NCBI GenBank assembly: GCA_028534125.1
Contig: CM052820.1
Coordinates: 2,480,001-2,544,000, forward strand
Origin: Lama glama
Taxonomy: Eukaryota
Direction of reading: 5' to 3'
DNA: 64,000 nt
The translations under genes and the position numbers were made by a program. Position 1 is the first letter of the stretch, and the number at the start of each line of letters is the position of its first letter. Positions 48,526 to 60,880 of this stretch are shown here, in pieces. The notes beneath the pieces are model-generated. The model was not told where the DNA came from. It made no database searches and saw only the letters and a program-made list of their open reading frames with translations.

Positions 48526-51500
48526 TGGTCTTCTTTTTTTCAAGCAGGAACACAAAAGCAGGGCTAGCTGTTGTCAGAAAAAACAAGAAAATCAGTGCCA
48601 GACACTGAAAGGCAGGAAGTGGGCTGGGGGTGGGAAGTTTGGGGCTGAGATTTCAGAGATGGTGCGGCCACCCCGAGGCCAAGTGCGTGATGGTGAACGC
48701 TGGAACTGAGAAGGTCAAAGAACCGAGGTTTGCTTCCTGGACCCTCCGGGAAGGCCTGATCAAAACGCGGGGCGCAGGCAGCCGGCTCAGTGTGCACAGC
48801 TAGCGCTGTGGCTCCACGGAAGCTGTCAAGCCCCCAAAGCAGAGGCCTGGGAGAAGAGCTGGATGCAATCCCTGCTCTGCTGCCAACTAGGCTGTAGTTT
48901 GGGATGACTCCCAGGGCCTCCTTATTTCCCCTGTAACACAGGGAAGATGCAGCCACCAGGCAGGTGGCAGGCGAACAGGGGAACCTCAGGCTGGCATGAA
49001 GAGGTGTGGTCACTGAGACCCTGCTGCACACTCTGTTATTCTCAAGTACCCGGGTGATTTTTCCTGCAAGATGAGGGACTCTGGAATGACAATGTACACA
49101 CAGGGTTAGGAAGCCACAGGGAAGAGCCCCAAGGTTCGTAATTGCTTGGATTCGTTTTAAAGCTTCAGTCAGCATTTTTGAGCACTCGGAGCTTTGTCCT
49201 CTTTGCCCCTTTCAAGCCTCAAATTTTGGCCTTACTGATCTCTCCAAAGCCAAGCTTTCGGCGTTCTTGGTCCTTAGACAAGTATACTGTGAACATGACT
49301 CTGCACCAGTGGACGCAGACAGACAAAGACTGGAAGGAAACTCAGTAAACAAAAGAGCTGCTGTAACCAGTGTTGAAATCGTGGGAATTTCATTGCTTTT
49401 CAGAGTACCTTTAGACATTGTTAGAATGCTATTTTTTTTAAAATAGTAGTTTAAGGAACTTGAACTTTATTCAGGAAGGAGCAAAGGACCCACTGCAAAG
49501 TATGTGAAGGGGAGGTAGGATTCTGTTTGAACAAAGAACCTGCAGGCTACAAAAAAGTTGGAAACCACCCTCATTATTCTTTTCCAAAAGCTGCTCGGCT
49601 GAGCTCCGTATTTATTTTTCCAGATCAACGTCGGGGGCTGCTCACCAAGCTGTAAGCCGGCCTTGCCCCCTGACCTGGGGTTTCACTAGACTTACATCAC
49701 ATTGGTAAATCACTGGGGGACGGATAAACATCTTTGCAACACTGACTCTTCTAGTTCAGAAATAACATGTTTCCATGTTTTAATCTGGCACGGCCTTCAG
49801 TATATTGCTACAGTTTTCTTCACCCAGGTCCTGCATATCTCTATGTTCCTAAATGCTATTTTAAATGGGATCTTATCTTTTTGCTATTACTTTAGAAAAA
49901 AACTGTGGGGTATGGGAACGCTATGGATTTTAGTTTATAGCATTACAAACTATTTCACTGAACTCTGAGTTTTTGGATTAGACATACACGTGGTCTGCAA
50001 GTAGTTACGAAGTTTGTCTCCTCCCCTCAGCAGTTACACGGCCGGTGTCTTTATCCTGCCTAAACAAGTGCTCCCATCACTGTAGCACTCCTCCAGCCCC
50101 GGCTGGCTGTCTCTTCCTAAAGTGGAGGCTCCACAATGAGGGGAGTAAGAGGGACTCAGCAGCCTTATGAGTTCATGCCTGTACTGCAATAATAATACAG
50201 GGCCGGACTCCAGGCTTGTTAGAATTTAAGTAGCACTAAAGTTGCCTGGAAGGTAAACAGAAAATCTGTTGTCAGTTGCCTGATAAAAGTCCTTGAAAGG
50301 AAACAAATCACAAGTCTCAGAACAAGACACTCTTGCCTAAGGGCCAGAATCCAGTTCTGACCAATAAAGATAAACAGGCAAAGCAGCTCGAAGAAGGTTA
50401 GGCCTCAAGTCAATGAAAAGCTCGCCGTGATCGTCCCTGTCACTGTCTCTGCCGGGACAGGCAGTGCAGAAGGAGGACACTCAGACCCGGGCCCGCGCTG
50501 CCTGGCAGCTGCCCGCAACTTGCTGTCGGCCTTGCGCCAATTCTAAAGCCCCTCCCAACGCCTCGGTCTCCTCATCTGCACAACAGGAGTAGTGCCGGCA
50601 CCTCGCTCGGACGGACGGCTTAGAAGGATTACTGTTCGCAATCAATATTTAAATAAATACGATGCTGGCCGCCAGCACAGCGCAGGTGTCTGGTCTGCAG
50701 AGTGCATAGCCTTACAGAGTCCTCCAAGGCGCATTTCACCTAAATCTAATGTAACCAGTCACCATTTACAATGGGACATGCGCGCTCACTTTTGTCCCAG
50801 GCCCGCCGCCCCTCCCCCATGCCTTCCTGCCGCGCCCGCTGCGGCTTGGGTCCCAGCTGCACCTCAGCGCGGGGACACACAGCCCGCACACTCCACCCCG
50901 GGCAGGGGATGTATACGCCTGTTAGTCCCACGGGCCGGCAGACGAACGGGATTCTAAGCCGTGAGGCTCTTGTAGGAGTAACCACATCAATCTTCTAGCT
51001 CAAGTGGCCCGAACTCTGGGACAGTTAATTTCTTTCAGGCACTCAGTGGCTTCCTAGGTGAGAGTTCTGCTCGAGATGGCTGGACTTGAGCTTCAAAGGC
51101 CAGATAAGGAGGCAGGACTGTGTCTCCGAAGCAGAGTATTAGGCAACCGAAGGTCAGGAACTTCTCTTTTTGGGTGAAGAGGCTCTCGTATGGTGCAGAC
51201 TTGAAAAAGAAGAAACTGTCCCACAGTGAAGCAACAAAGAGTTAAGTTTCTAAGAGTTAAAAACATCGAAGTTTTCACATGTAATATTCTATGATTATAT
51301 ATGGCCCACATTTGGAATAAAGTGTGACAGAATTACAGAACAAAGACTCTACAGAAATCAGTCAAAATAGAGCCATGGTTGCTTTATGTTGTAATAAGAA
51401 TATAGATCACTTTTTGTTTCCTTCTCCAATTGTTTTTGACAAGCATGTACTACTTTGAAGGGGGAAACAACACAAAGTTTCATTTTCCTCTGTTCCTTTA

Positions 51501-52734
51501 TCTGAAAATAAAGCAAGAATGAAAAGCAAAGCCTTCATGCTTTGTGTTCCCTGAGGCTTCTGCCTGACGGAGGAAACTGCAGTTAACAGGCTGCCTAGCC
51601 CGCCCAGTCCTTCCCTGTTTCGTGTCCTGGGTGGTGCCGGCAGCAGGCTGGTAAAGGCCGTGGCCATTCTCAGAATGGTTTTCAAAAGCTTAAAACAAAG
51701 TACATAGGATTATAAAGAAAAGGGATTATTCTGAAATATATTATCAAAATATATTTTAAAATTGTGATATATTGTATCAATCACAGTCCAGGCAGGAAAA
51801 AAAAATCATACCAGTTACGTTAATAGAAGTACAGGGGCCCCACCAACCAGGTGTCGGGTGACCGAGAGGGCCCAGGGACGCGGGGAACACAGAGGTAATA
51901 GGCCGGGGGGCAGCCAGAGCTGGGGCACAGAGGACGGGGCTGCTGCACCCCAGAGGCTCAGAAGCACGGCGCTCCACTGCGGTGGTTTCTGGGAGCGTGA
52001 GAGGCGGAACCAACCGGGGCGCCCTGGCAAAGAGCTGTTGCTGGGGAGATGCTTACAGAAACAGGAAGCAGGAAGGTCCTGCCTCCTTCCTCTGCCTCCC
52101 GGCCGCCCTCTAGGGCCCAGGGGAGATGAGGCGTGCGGGGCTCCCGCCCGGCATCACAGGGATCACAGGGCCGGTGAGGAGGGGCGAGGTGGGGCTGGAG
52201 CGGAGAGGCAGCCGCTCAACAACCAGCACCTGCATGAGAGCTGCTGCTTTGTCAGCGCGCGAGTGACAAGAGCGCATGGCCACCGTAACGTGGACAAGGC
52301 GCCGTGAATTTCCCCCGCTGTCTGCAGCCACCATAAAGTGACTAACACTAGTGGGTACTTGTATTGGACACGAAGTCACACATACTCTTAACACTACGGA
52401 GGTTTCTGGCCTCCATTCATTACGGGAGGCAGCGCTGCCTTTTCTCCTACCCAATTTCAGGCATCCTTTGAAATCTAACCGAAGGCCCTTGGGGGATTAT
52501 CGGACCCAAAGTTCAGAATTTTTCTGGGTCTTTCAAGATGTCAGATCCAGTTCTTTTTCTTCCCTAATTTTTGCTATAAGAAGTCACATGATTGATCACC
52601 AATATAGGTTTTTTTTTAAAGTTCTGAAAGACAGAATAGCACCAATGCAAATTCCCATCTCTCTCATGCAGCTGAGACTGCCAACCACCCTGCAAACAGT
52701 AAATAGCAATTTTCCACTTTATTGATCACATTAT

Positions 52735-53640
52735 ACTTATTTCTTTCTTTACTGAAGTACAGTTGTTTACAGTGCTGTGCGAGTTTCAGGTACAACAAAG
52801 TGATTCATGTACATATATACTCTTTTTCAGATTCTTTGACGTTACAGGTTCTATAGGCTATTGATTATAGTTCCCTGTGCTCTGCAGTAGGATCTTGTTG
52901 TTTACTTATTTTTTATACAGTCATGTGTATCTGTTAACCCCAGGCTCCAAATTTATCCCTCTCCCCTTTCCCCTTTGGTAACCGTAAGTTTATTTACTAT
53001 GTCCATGGGTCTGTTTCTTTTTGTAAATAAGTTCCTCTGTATCATTTTTTTGGATTCCACATATAAGTGATGTCATGTAATACTTGTCTTTCTCTGCATG
53101 ACCCACTTCACTTAGTATAATCTCTAGGTCCATTCATGTTGCTGCAAATGGTAATATTTCATTCTCTTTTACGGCTAAGTAATATTCCATCGTGTGTGTG
53201 TATATACACACACCACATCTTGTTTATCCAGTCATCTGCTGATGCACATTTAGGTTGCTTCCATGTCTTGGCTATTGTAAATAGTGCTGCTATGAACATT
53301 GGGGTGCTTGTCTTTTTGAATANNNNNNNNNNNNNNNNNNNNNNNNNNNNNNNNNNNNNNNNNNNNNNNNNNNNNNNNNNNNNNNNNNNNNNNNNNNNNN
53401 NNNNNNNNNNNNNNNNNNNNNNNNNNNNNNNNNNNNNNNNNNNNNNNNNNNNNNNCGGGAGGGCTCCTTTCTCTCCACACCCTCTCCAGCGTCTACTGTT
53501 TGTAGACGTCTTGATGATGGCCATTCCGACCAGTACAGGGTGGTACCTCACTGCCGTCTGATTTGCACTTCTCTAATAATTAGCAATGTTGAGCATCTTT
53601 TCCTGTGCTTGTTGGCCATCTGCTGTTATACCTATTTCTG
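52735..53640 (-). mobile_element. LINE-1 3' end including ORF2 C-terminus
   Basis: [16 protein letters not shown]...CGEKG and PMFIAALFTIAKTWKQPKC are L1 ORF2 C-terminal motifs; 3'UTR follows. Confidence 0.92.
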
Positions 53641-55529
53641 AATGCCACAGAAAATAAAGTGAACACACAGCTATGCCCATGGGGCGAGGGTGGGGCACAG
53701 ATTTTAGGACTCCTGGGTGGTCTTCAGAGCTCTTTCCTGTAAGACCTCCTTTTGGCCGTGCTACTTTGACCATGACCCAGACGTCTCCCAACACCGTATC
53801 TGTATTTCTTTTCTCTTGACTCATCCAAGTTTCAGCCCACCTGCCACACAGGCATATCTACCCGGATGTCCCAAAGTCACCTCAAACTCAGTGTATTCAA
53901 AACAGAACTCCTGTTGCTTCCTAGAATCTTTCCTCTTCTGAGGGGTGCTACCAGCCAGTGCCTCCTAAGAAGCATAATTTAACACTGCTGTGCCTCAGTT
54001 CTCTCACGTGTGAAGGAGGGGCAATGACATGACGACATCCCAGGCTGCTGTAAGGACATGTGCACAGTCACACCTGGATGTCAGGAAACACCCTCACGTG
54101 CCCAGGTTGCTCCTTGTCCCGACAGCGCAGTCCCCTCCCTTCCCCTGCAGTTAACCACCAAGTTGGCTTCCTCTCTTAATGTCACTGCAGTGTGCTCCCA
54201 GGGCCACTGCCTTATATCAGGCCACAGTGTGCAGCCCAAGAGTGGTCAGCATGGTCCCAAATGCCAGCCCCCCATCGCGGCCAGCGTCATCTCATCTCAC
54301 CCACTGACTCATTCACTCAAGCATCATGTTGCGGGGGAGGGCTGCCACCCTCAGAGACCCTGCCCGCTGCCCAGGTAACAGCGCGCACGGCGGGGCAGTC
54401 ATGCCTCCAGGGGGAGGACTGATGCTAAATAACTGCACACGTTAGTAATGAATGACAGCCGCGCGACGTGCTGGGACACTGAGTGGAAATATCCCCAAAC
54501 GGTGCCAGGCCCGGGGGGAGGAGGGGCAAGCAGAAAGCACAGCTCTGCGTTTCCAAGGAAACAAGAAGTGATTCCAAGGGAAGCGGGAAGGGGAGCCTCC
54601 CTGTGAAGCCTGAGAGAGTGCAGAGTGCAAACTCCCAGATGTCACTCAGCCTCTGGGAGGCCGCTTGGCGCCCCCCCCCACCGGCCACTCCCACCGTCTC
54701 CCCTTCATCTCACAGACCAGCCGCGGAGGAGTCTGTTCTGCCTCCTGGTGGTCACTTCAAAACTCTAACACTGAATCTCCATGCTTTTTTTCACTAAAAC
54801 AATTTACAAAAACTTAACAGTGTTTGTAATAAAAGAGCACCCAACCCTCAGATGAGGAACGTCGGTAATGAGTCAATCTAGGTCAGAGTTTTGTTATATA
54901 TGGAAACAAGGTCACGCTTACGTCTCTCAGAGTGGACATACACGCATTGTTAAGTCTGTTCTGGATCCAAAAAGTCTGAACAACTCCACTGGTTATAAAA
55001 GAACTTCATCATGCTCTATGAAGAACTGACCCACTGTAGCTATTTATAAAGACACTGGAAGTCAGTATTTTGTGGCTTACCTATAGTAATACTTGAAAAT
55101 ACAAGGTGAATCATGTTAAAAGCTTTTGTTTAGAGCTTCAAGCCAAGGGAAATATTTTAAAATATGCATCATCCATTCTTATTTCAATGTATGATAGAGT
55201 AGTCATTATCTTAGAATAACCAGAATAATAAACCAAATATAAAACAAACTTAAATTGGGTCATTATTTTTTTTAAGGGCAAGATAAAATTTGTGTTATGC
55301 AGGTGCAGAAAATTTTCTACTTCCAGTTTGAACAAGTAATATGATCCTAATGGGTACCTAAGAATTTAAAAACCTTTTATCTGTATTCAATTTTTAATTT
55401 GTCAAATATTAAATTCTCATTGAACACAGAAGTCTAACTCTCTTGCCCAAGAATCACACTTTCTGTCTCTATTTTAGGAAACTTTAAGTTGCTACTGCAT
55501 TAAAAAAGTCACTAACAAGACAAGCAATG

Positions 55530-55660
55530 GACATAATAACCTATCATGGAAAAGAATTTGATAAAGAACATATATACGTATATGTGTAGCTGAATCACTT
55601 CACTGTACATCTGAAACTAACACAACACTGTAAAGCAACTACACTTCAATGTAAGAAAAA
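55530..55660 (+). mobile_element. Short LINE-1 3' tail
   Basis: ctgaatcacttcactgtacatctgaaactaacacaacactgtaaagcaactacacttcaat. Confidence 0.8.
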
Positions 55661-56659
55661 CAAGAAGTGGAGGGCACTGACTCTTCCCCTGTAAAGGGTC
55701 CATCAGTGACTGTATGTCCTGAGATAAGACGCGGGTTATGTGCTTCGACAGACTTCTGGAAACCATGAGGACCTAACACTGGACCATTCATATCATTTAG
55801 TGAAAGACGCAGAGATCAGGATCAGGAAAAGAAACTCTCAGCCTGGTCCACAGTGGAAAGCACCAAGAAATATGTTGCCAGACTGGCCGTTCACGGCACT
55901 TAGCTGTAATTTACATAGAGAGGCGGTCTGTTCCACAAGGGAAACAGGCACCCGCGGGCCGACCCGGGTGTGGCCGGTACTGACCAGACTGCAGAGCTGG
56001 TGGGCAGCCCAGCCCCCGGACAGCTTCTCCGAGGGGACCACGGACGCGGGGAGAAGGAGCAAGGAGCTGGTGCTCAGCTCGCAGCAGCCCTTGAGCCTTG
56101 GCCAGAGCCGCCCCCTCCGCCCTGGCTCCTGCCCCCGCCGCCAGCTCCCCCTGCTGCACTTCTCTGCAGTCGTCCTGAGAATCCTGAGAAGACTCAACAC
56201 AAGTGCTGTCCCTGGAACGGCTCACCTCTGACTGGAAAGTGTCCAACAGCAAGAGAATCTGTTCTGGGCTGTCCTGGGTTTCTGACTGTGACAAACAAAT
56301 TGGCTTTCATGGGACCACGGGTGGTGCCTGGATTTGTTCTCATAGGTCGAGATCAAGTGTTTCAGAGCCTGACTTGACATGAGGAGACTCTGGCTCTCAG
56401 ATCTGCGTCTCCACGGCAGTTCACAACCGCCCGTTACTGCTCGTAGGGTGTGTGCTGTGCACGCTGTGTGCGGTCCGCGGCCGGCACTGCAGGCTGACAC
56501 AAGTTCACCGTTCATCACTTGAAAAGGCAGATACTGGTGTTACAGTAAAAACCACCACACGAACCAGAAGGGGTTCCCTTCGTTCAGAATCCCTGGACCC
56601 TTTTAGATGCAATAGGCTGGTTCTCCCACACACAACCTGCAGATACCCGTGCATCTCTT

Positions 56660-56810
56660 CATATTCTGTAGAGCACAGGGAACTGGATTCAGTATCTTGC
56701 AGGAACTTACAATGAAAAAGAATGTGAAAACGAATGTGTGTATGTACATGTATGACAGAAGCATGCTGTGCACCAGAAACTGACACTATGCTTCAATAAA
56801 CAAACAAGCA
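56660..56810 (+). mobile_element. Short LINE-1 3' tail
   Basis: agcacagggaactggattcagtatcttg...aatgaaaaagaatgtgaaaacgaa...caccagaaactgacac...cttcaataaa. Confidence 0.8.
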
Positions 56811-59800
56811 AGAGGGGCGGATGGGAATCTCTGAAGGGGGGGGCTTGGCTGCCCTCCACAGCTGTGAGCGCCCTCCGCTGGCGTCTCAAGGAAAACATTT
56901 CCCCGGGAGGCTGACGACAAAAACAAGAGCTGACCCTATGCACCAGATGTCAAAATGCCTGATACTTGATTTTCTCTCTCACAACAGCCCTATGGAGAGA
57001 AAGGACCCGACTCTCTGCTTCAGGACGAGGAAACTGAGGCAGAGACAGGGAGCTGCTTGCCAGGGTCCTGCAACGAGTGGGCAGTGGCACCAGACCTGAG
57101 CCCAGACACGCGGAACCCGCACGAACGTGGTTCCAGAACCCTGCTGGATGGTCACTGAACACTGTGTCAGCTGCTGCGTTGCCACTTGATGTGTTTCTCC
57201 CAGTTAAGCCTTGACAGCCTTGCAAGGTGTGTGCTGTTACTCCCGGCACCACCGTGGACACCACGGCTCGTGGCCGAGTCACGCACACCCACTGACCCGG
57301 GTTCAAACTGCCTGGCCACACCAGGAGCTCACCTGTGCTGCACCCTCCCAGGCCTGGCTCTCTCCTACCCAACCCCTGCTCCCTTCGGACAAATGTTTTC
57401 TTCTCTTTCTCAAAACCACAGTTGGAAGGCGCCTCCAGACGTGATCTGGCCTGGTCACTGCTCCCCGGAGATGACATTATTCCAGCCTTGATGAGTGAGC
57501 TGTCCACGGCCCCCCAGACAAGCAGACACACCTAGGACAGAGCGACCTCCACTCCAACAAGACGGCTTCCTGCCCCGCCAGCTGTGTTACAACAGCAGCG
57601 AACGGCTCTCCCGGGGCGCTGCAGGCTGTGTCCTCTCTGTGAAAAAACCTGACGGACGAATCCTCCTCAGAGGATGTGTTATTTTTTCCCTTTTGGAATT
57701 AGGACCATCTACCCTCACTGGTCAAACATCCAAGAACACGGGAAAAATGACTCGTCCCAGCTGGTTTTCATTAAGGGATCTGGGGTCTGACATTCAGATA
57801 CGTTCAGACTCTCCGGATCTTCTGCCAGAAGCTGATTCAAGCTGACTCCTGGGGCAGTGGTGAGCGAGGCTTTGTGTCAGGCGAACACATCTCACACGTG
57901 GGTGGAATTTCTGAAGACCTGGTAGGCTTCTGCCCACCAGCAGCTGTTTCCTAGGGAACGCTGTGATGGAACAGCCTGCCGCTGTTTAAGGAGATGGGTT
58001 ATTTTTAAAGAGAGGAGCTTGTGGACGCATTTACCCGAGGTGGAGCCATCCTTTTAGTCCCACCTAACTCCAGCTTTCTGCTTTCATTCATCTGCTCACT
58101 CAGCTGTGACGGCTTCAACATCTTAAAATAAGCCTGGTGGAGAACCTATTACAGGGCTGCCAAGCACTGGGAGAGGCATGTTTCTTTCAGGGAATGAGGA
58201 AGATGCTCAACTCTTGAACTCAACCAAGAAAAAACATTTCAATAGCTATGAAACAGGTTAATAAGTAACCTACAAATCACCAAAACCCAAACAACCCCCC
58301 CAAAACCAACCCAAAACCAAAACGAAAAACAACTAATACTCCAAGACATGTTTTGACAACTTGAAAAAGAACTTCGAAAAACAAAGAATTAAAGAGCCGC
58401 CAGTGTCTAGCTCTCAGATTCACAGAGGCTGAGAACAGTCCCAGCCCCGAGTCTGGCGGTGCGGAGACACTTTCTTTCCCACAACACAGATGCAAATGTG
58501 ACCGGATACAGCCTTTCAGGAAAGCAGTTCTGGAAACAAGTGCAGGACCCTCACACATGTTTATACTTTAAAACCTATATTTGCACTTCTGATATTCTAA
58601 TTTAAGGAAACCATTTGCAGTATAAAAAGCTGTTTACTCTTAAAGGTGCTCACTGCAATGTTATTCACGATCGGAAAAAAAACCCTGTAAACAGCTTTTT
58701 CATGTCCAACAACAGGGAAAAGAAGACCCAGTGGGACATCCTCAGTGCCATGTTGTGTGACCATTAAAATGTCTTTCAGAGCATTTGGCACTAAGGTTGC
58801 ACTTCTTTACTTAAAAAAGATAAAAAATATTGCAGTATTTCCAAGCATACACTTGAGACTATGTTCAAAAACATTTGTAGATAAAAGAACGGAGGAGAAT
58901 AAAACACAATGTTGACAGGTCTTATGGCTGGTCACAGAAAGGGGCATAATTTTTTTCTACTATTGTCTAAATTTTCCTTATTTTCTACAATAAACATGTA
59001 CTATAGTTACTGTAATAAATTAAACATTTCCTTTAATCAGCAGTTACTACCTTTGTTGGTAATGTCTTCATTAATTCAGCACGAAGACTGCTGTGAACCA
59101 GACTTCAGGATACATGCTGTAAAGGATAATATGTGGTGACCGTGAACGCTCCTACCCTGGCCTGGGGAAGTCAGGGAGGGCTTCCTGGAGGAAGGGCAAA
59201 CTGAGTCCAGAAGAATGGAAAGTCACAGGAGACGTTGTTTGGTTGCTTGGTATGTTTGCAGAGCAAGATGCTGCGGGAAAGAGAGAGCAGGTGAGGGTGG
59301 GCAAGGGGGCTAAGAGGCCTCACATGTTATCCTGGGAGTTTAAAATTTATCCAGGGAGTCATTAAGGCTCGTAATGAGGAAAACTGCGGCATGAGGTTTG
59401 TGTTTGCTGGGGTCACTGGGATACCAAGATGAAGACAGGTTTGAGGTGGGGTCACCCCGTGAGTTTGCAACTCCAAAGAGGGAGGGAAACGGGTGTGTGT
59501 GGGGTCAAGCTCAGCCAGCCGTGAGGGGGTGGGGATGGGAGACACAGGAGGGCAGCGGCTTGCTGGGGATGGAGGTGCTCAGTGTTCAGGGTTGGGGGTG
59601 GGGATGTGGGGTCCTCAGGCTGAGTTCAAAGGAGGGGTTGGGGCAGGACGCAGAGAAGTAATGAGGGGGCGAAAGCCGTGGGAGTGGGTGGAGCTGCACA
59701 GAGAATGGCTGGGGATGGGACAGATGAAAAAGGCTGGGGAGCGAAGCACAGGGTCTAAGGGTCAAACAGCAGGAACGGGAGGCTGACGGGCCGGTCCTGT

Positions 59801-60122
59801 GTCAGGACCACGGCTCCTGGCACCTGATTACACGTCTGTGTCCACCCCAGATGGACGCCATCGGTACCACACAGTGGACGGTACTGGATGCATGCGTGAA
59901 ACGCGCTCCCGTTTACAGCATCAGGAAGACAGCTTCTCCCGCCCCTCGGCCCCCTCCGCCCTCGCCTCTTTGTCCTCCCCCCCCCCCAGCTCTAGGAACA
60001 GAGAAAACTCCTGGTGGCCGAGAAGGGGGGCTGCCTGATAATTTTACGACAGTGATCACGCTGCGTGACGCGTGCAGTGCGTCCCGGGACTTGTCGATGT
60101 CCTTGCACAGACAGCAAACCAC

Positions 60123-60622
60123 NNNNNNNNNNNNNNNNNNNNNNNNNNNNNNNNNNNNNNNNNNNNNNNNNNNNNNNNNNNNNNNNNNNNNNNNNNNNNN
60201 NNNNNNNNNNNNNNNNNNNNNNNNNNNNNNNNNNNNNNNNNNNNNNNNNNNNNNNNNNNNNNNNNNNNNNNNNNNNNNNNNNNNNNNNNNNNNNNNNNNN
60301 NNNNNNNNNNNNNNNNNNNNNNNNNNNNNNNNNNNNNNNNNNNNNNNNNNNNNNNNNNNNNNNNNNNNNNNNNNNNNNNNNNNNNNNNNNNNNNNNNNNN
60401 NNNNNNNNNNNNNNNNNNNNNNNNNNNNNNNNNNNNNNNNNNNNNNNNNNNNNNNNNNNNNNNNNNNNNNNNNNNNNNNNNNNNNNNNNNNNNNNNNNNN
60501 NNNNNNNNNNNNNNNNNNNNNNNNNNNNNNNNNNNNNNNNNNNNNNNNNNNNNNNNNNNNNNNNNNNNNNNNNNNNNNNNNNNNNNNNNNNNNNNNNNNN
60601 NNNNNNNNNNNNNNNNNNNNNN
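60123..60622. other. Scaffold gap (exactly 500 N)
   Basis: Direct read. Confidence 0.99.
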
Positions 60623-60880
60623 GACAGGAAGAATGCCATGGGAAGACAGAGGCAGAGACCGGAGGAACCTGTGTACAAGCCCACACAGCCTGCAGGTTTC
60701 AGGTAACAGGCAGAAGCCAGGAGAGAGGCAAGGAACAGATTCTCCCTCGGAGCCTCAGGGAGGAACTGACCCTATGACTTTGGTCTTCCGGCCTCCAGAA
60801 CAATGAGAGAATAAACTGATGATGCTTTAAGCTGCCCAGTTTGTGGCAATTTGTCGTGGGAGCCTCAGGAAAGGAACACA
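60623..60880 (+). mobile_element. MLT1 (MaLR) LTR, 3' part
   Basis: gaagacagaggcagag...gaagccaggagagaggcaaggaacagattctccctc...gcctccagaacaatgagagaataaa...gtttgtggcaatttgt. Confidence 0.85.
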
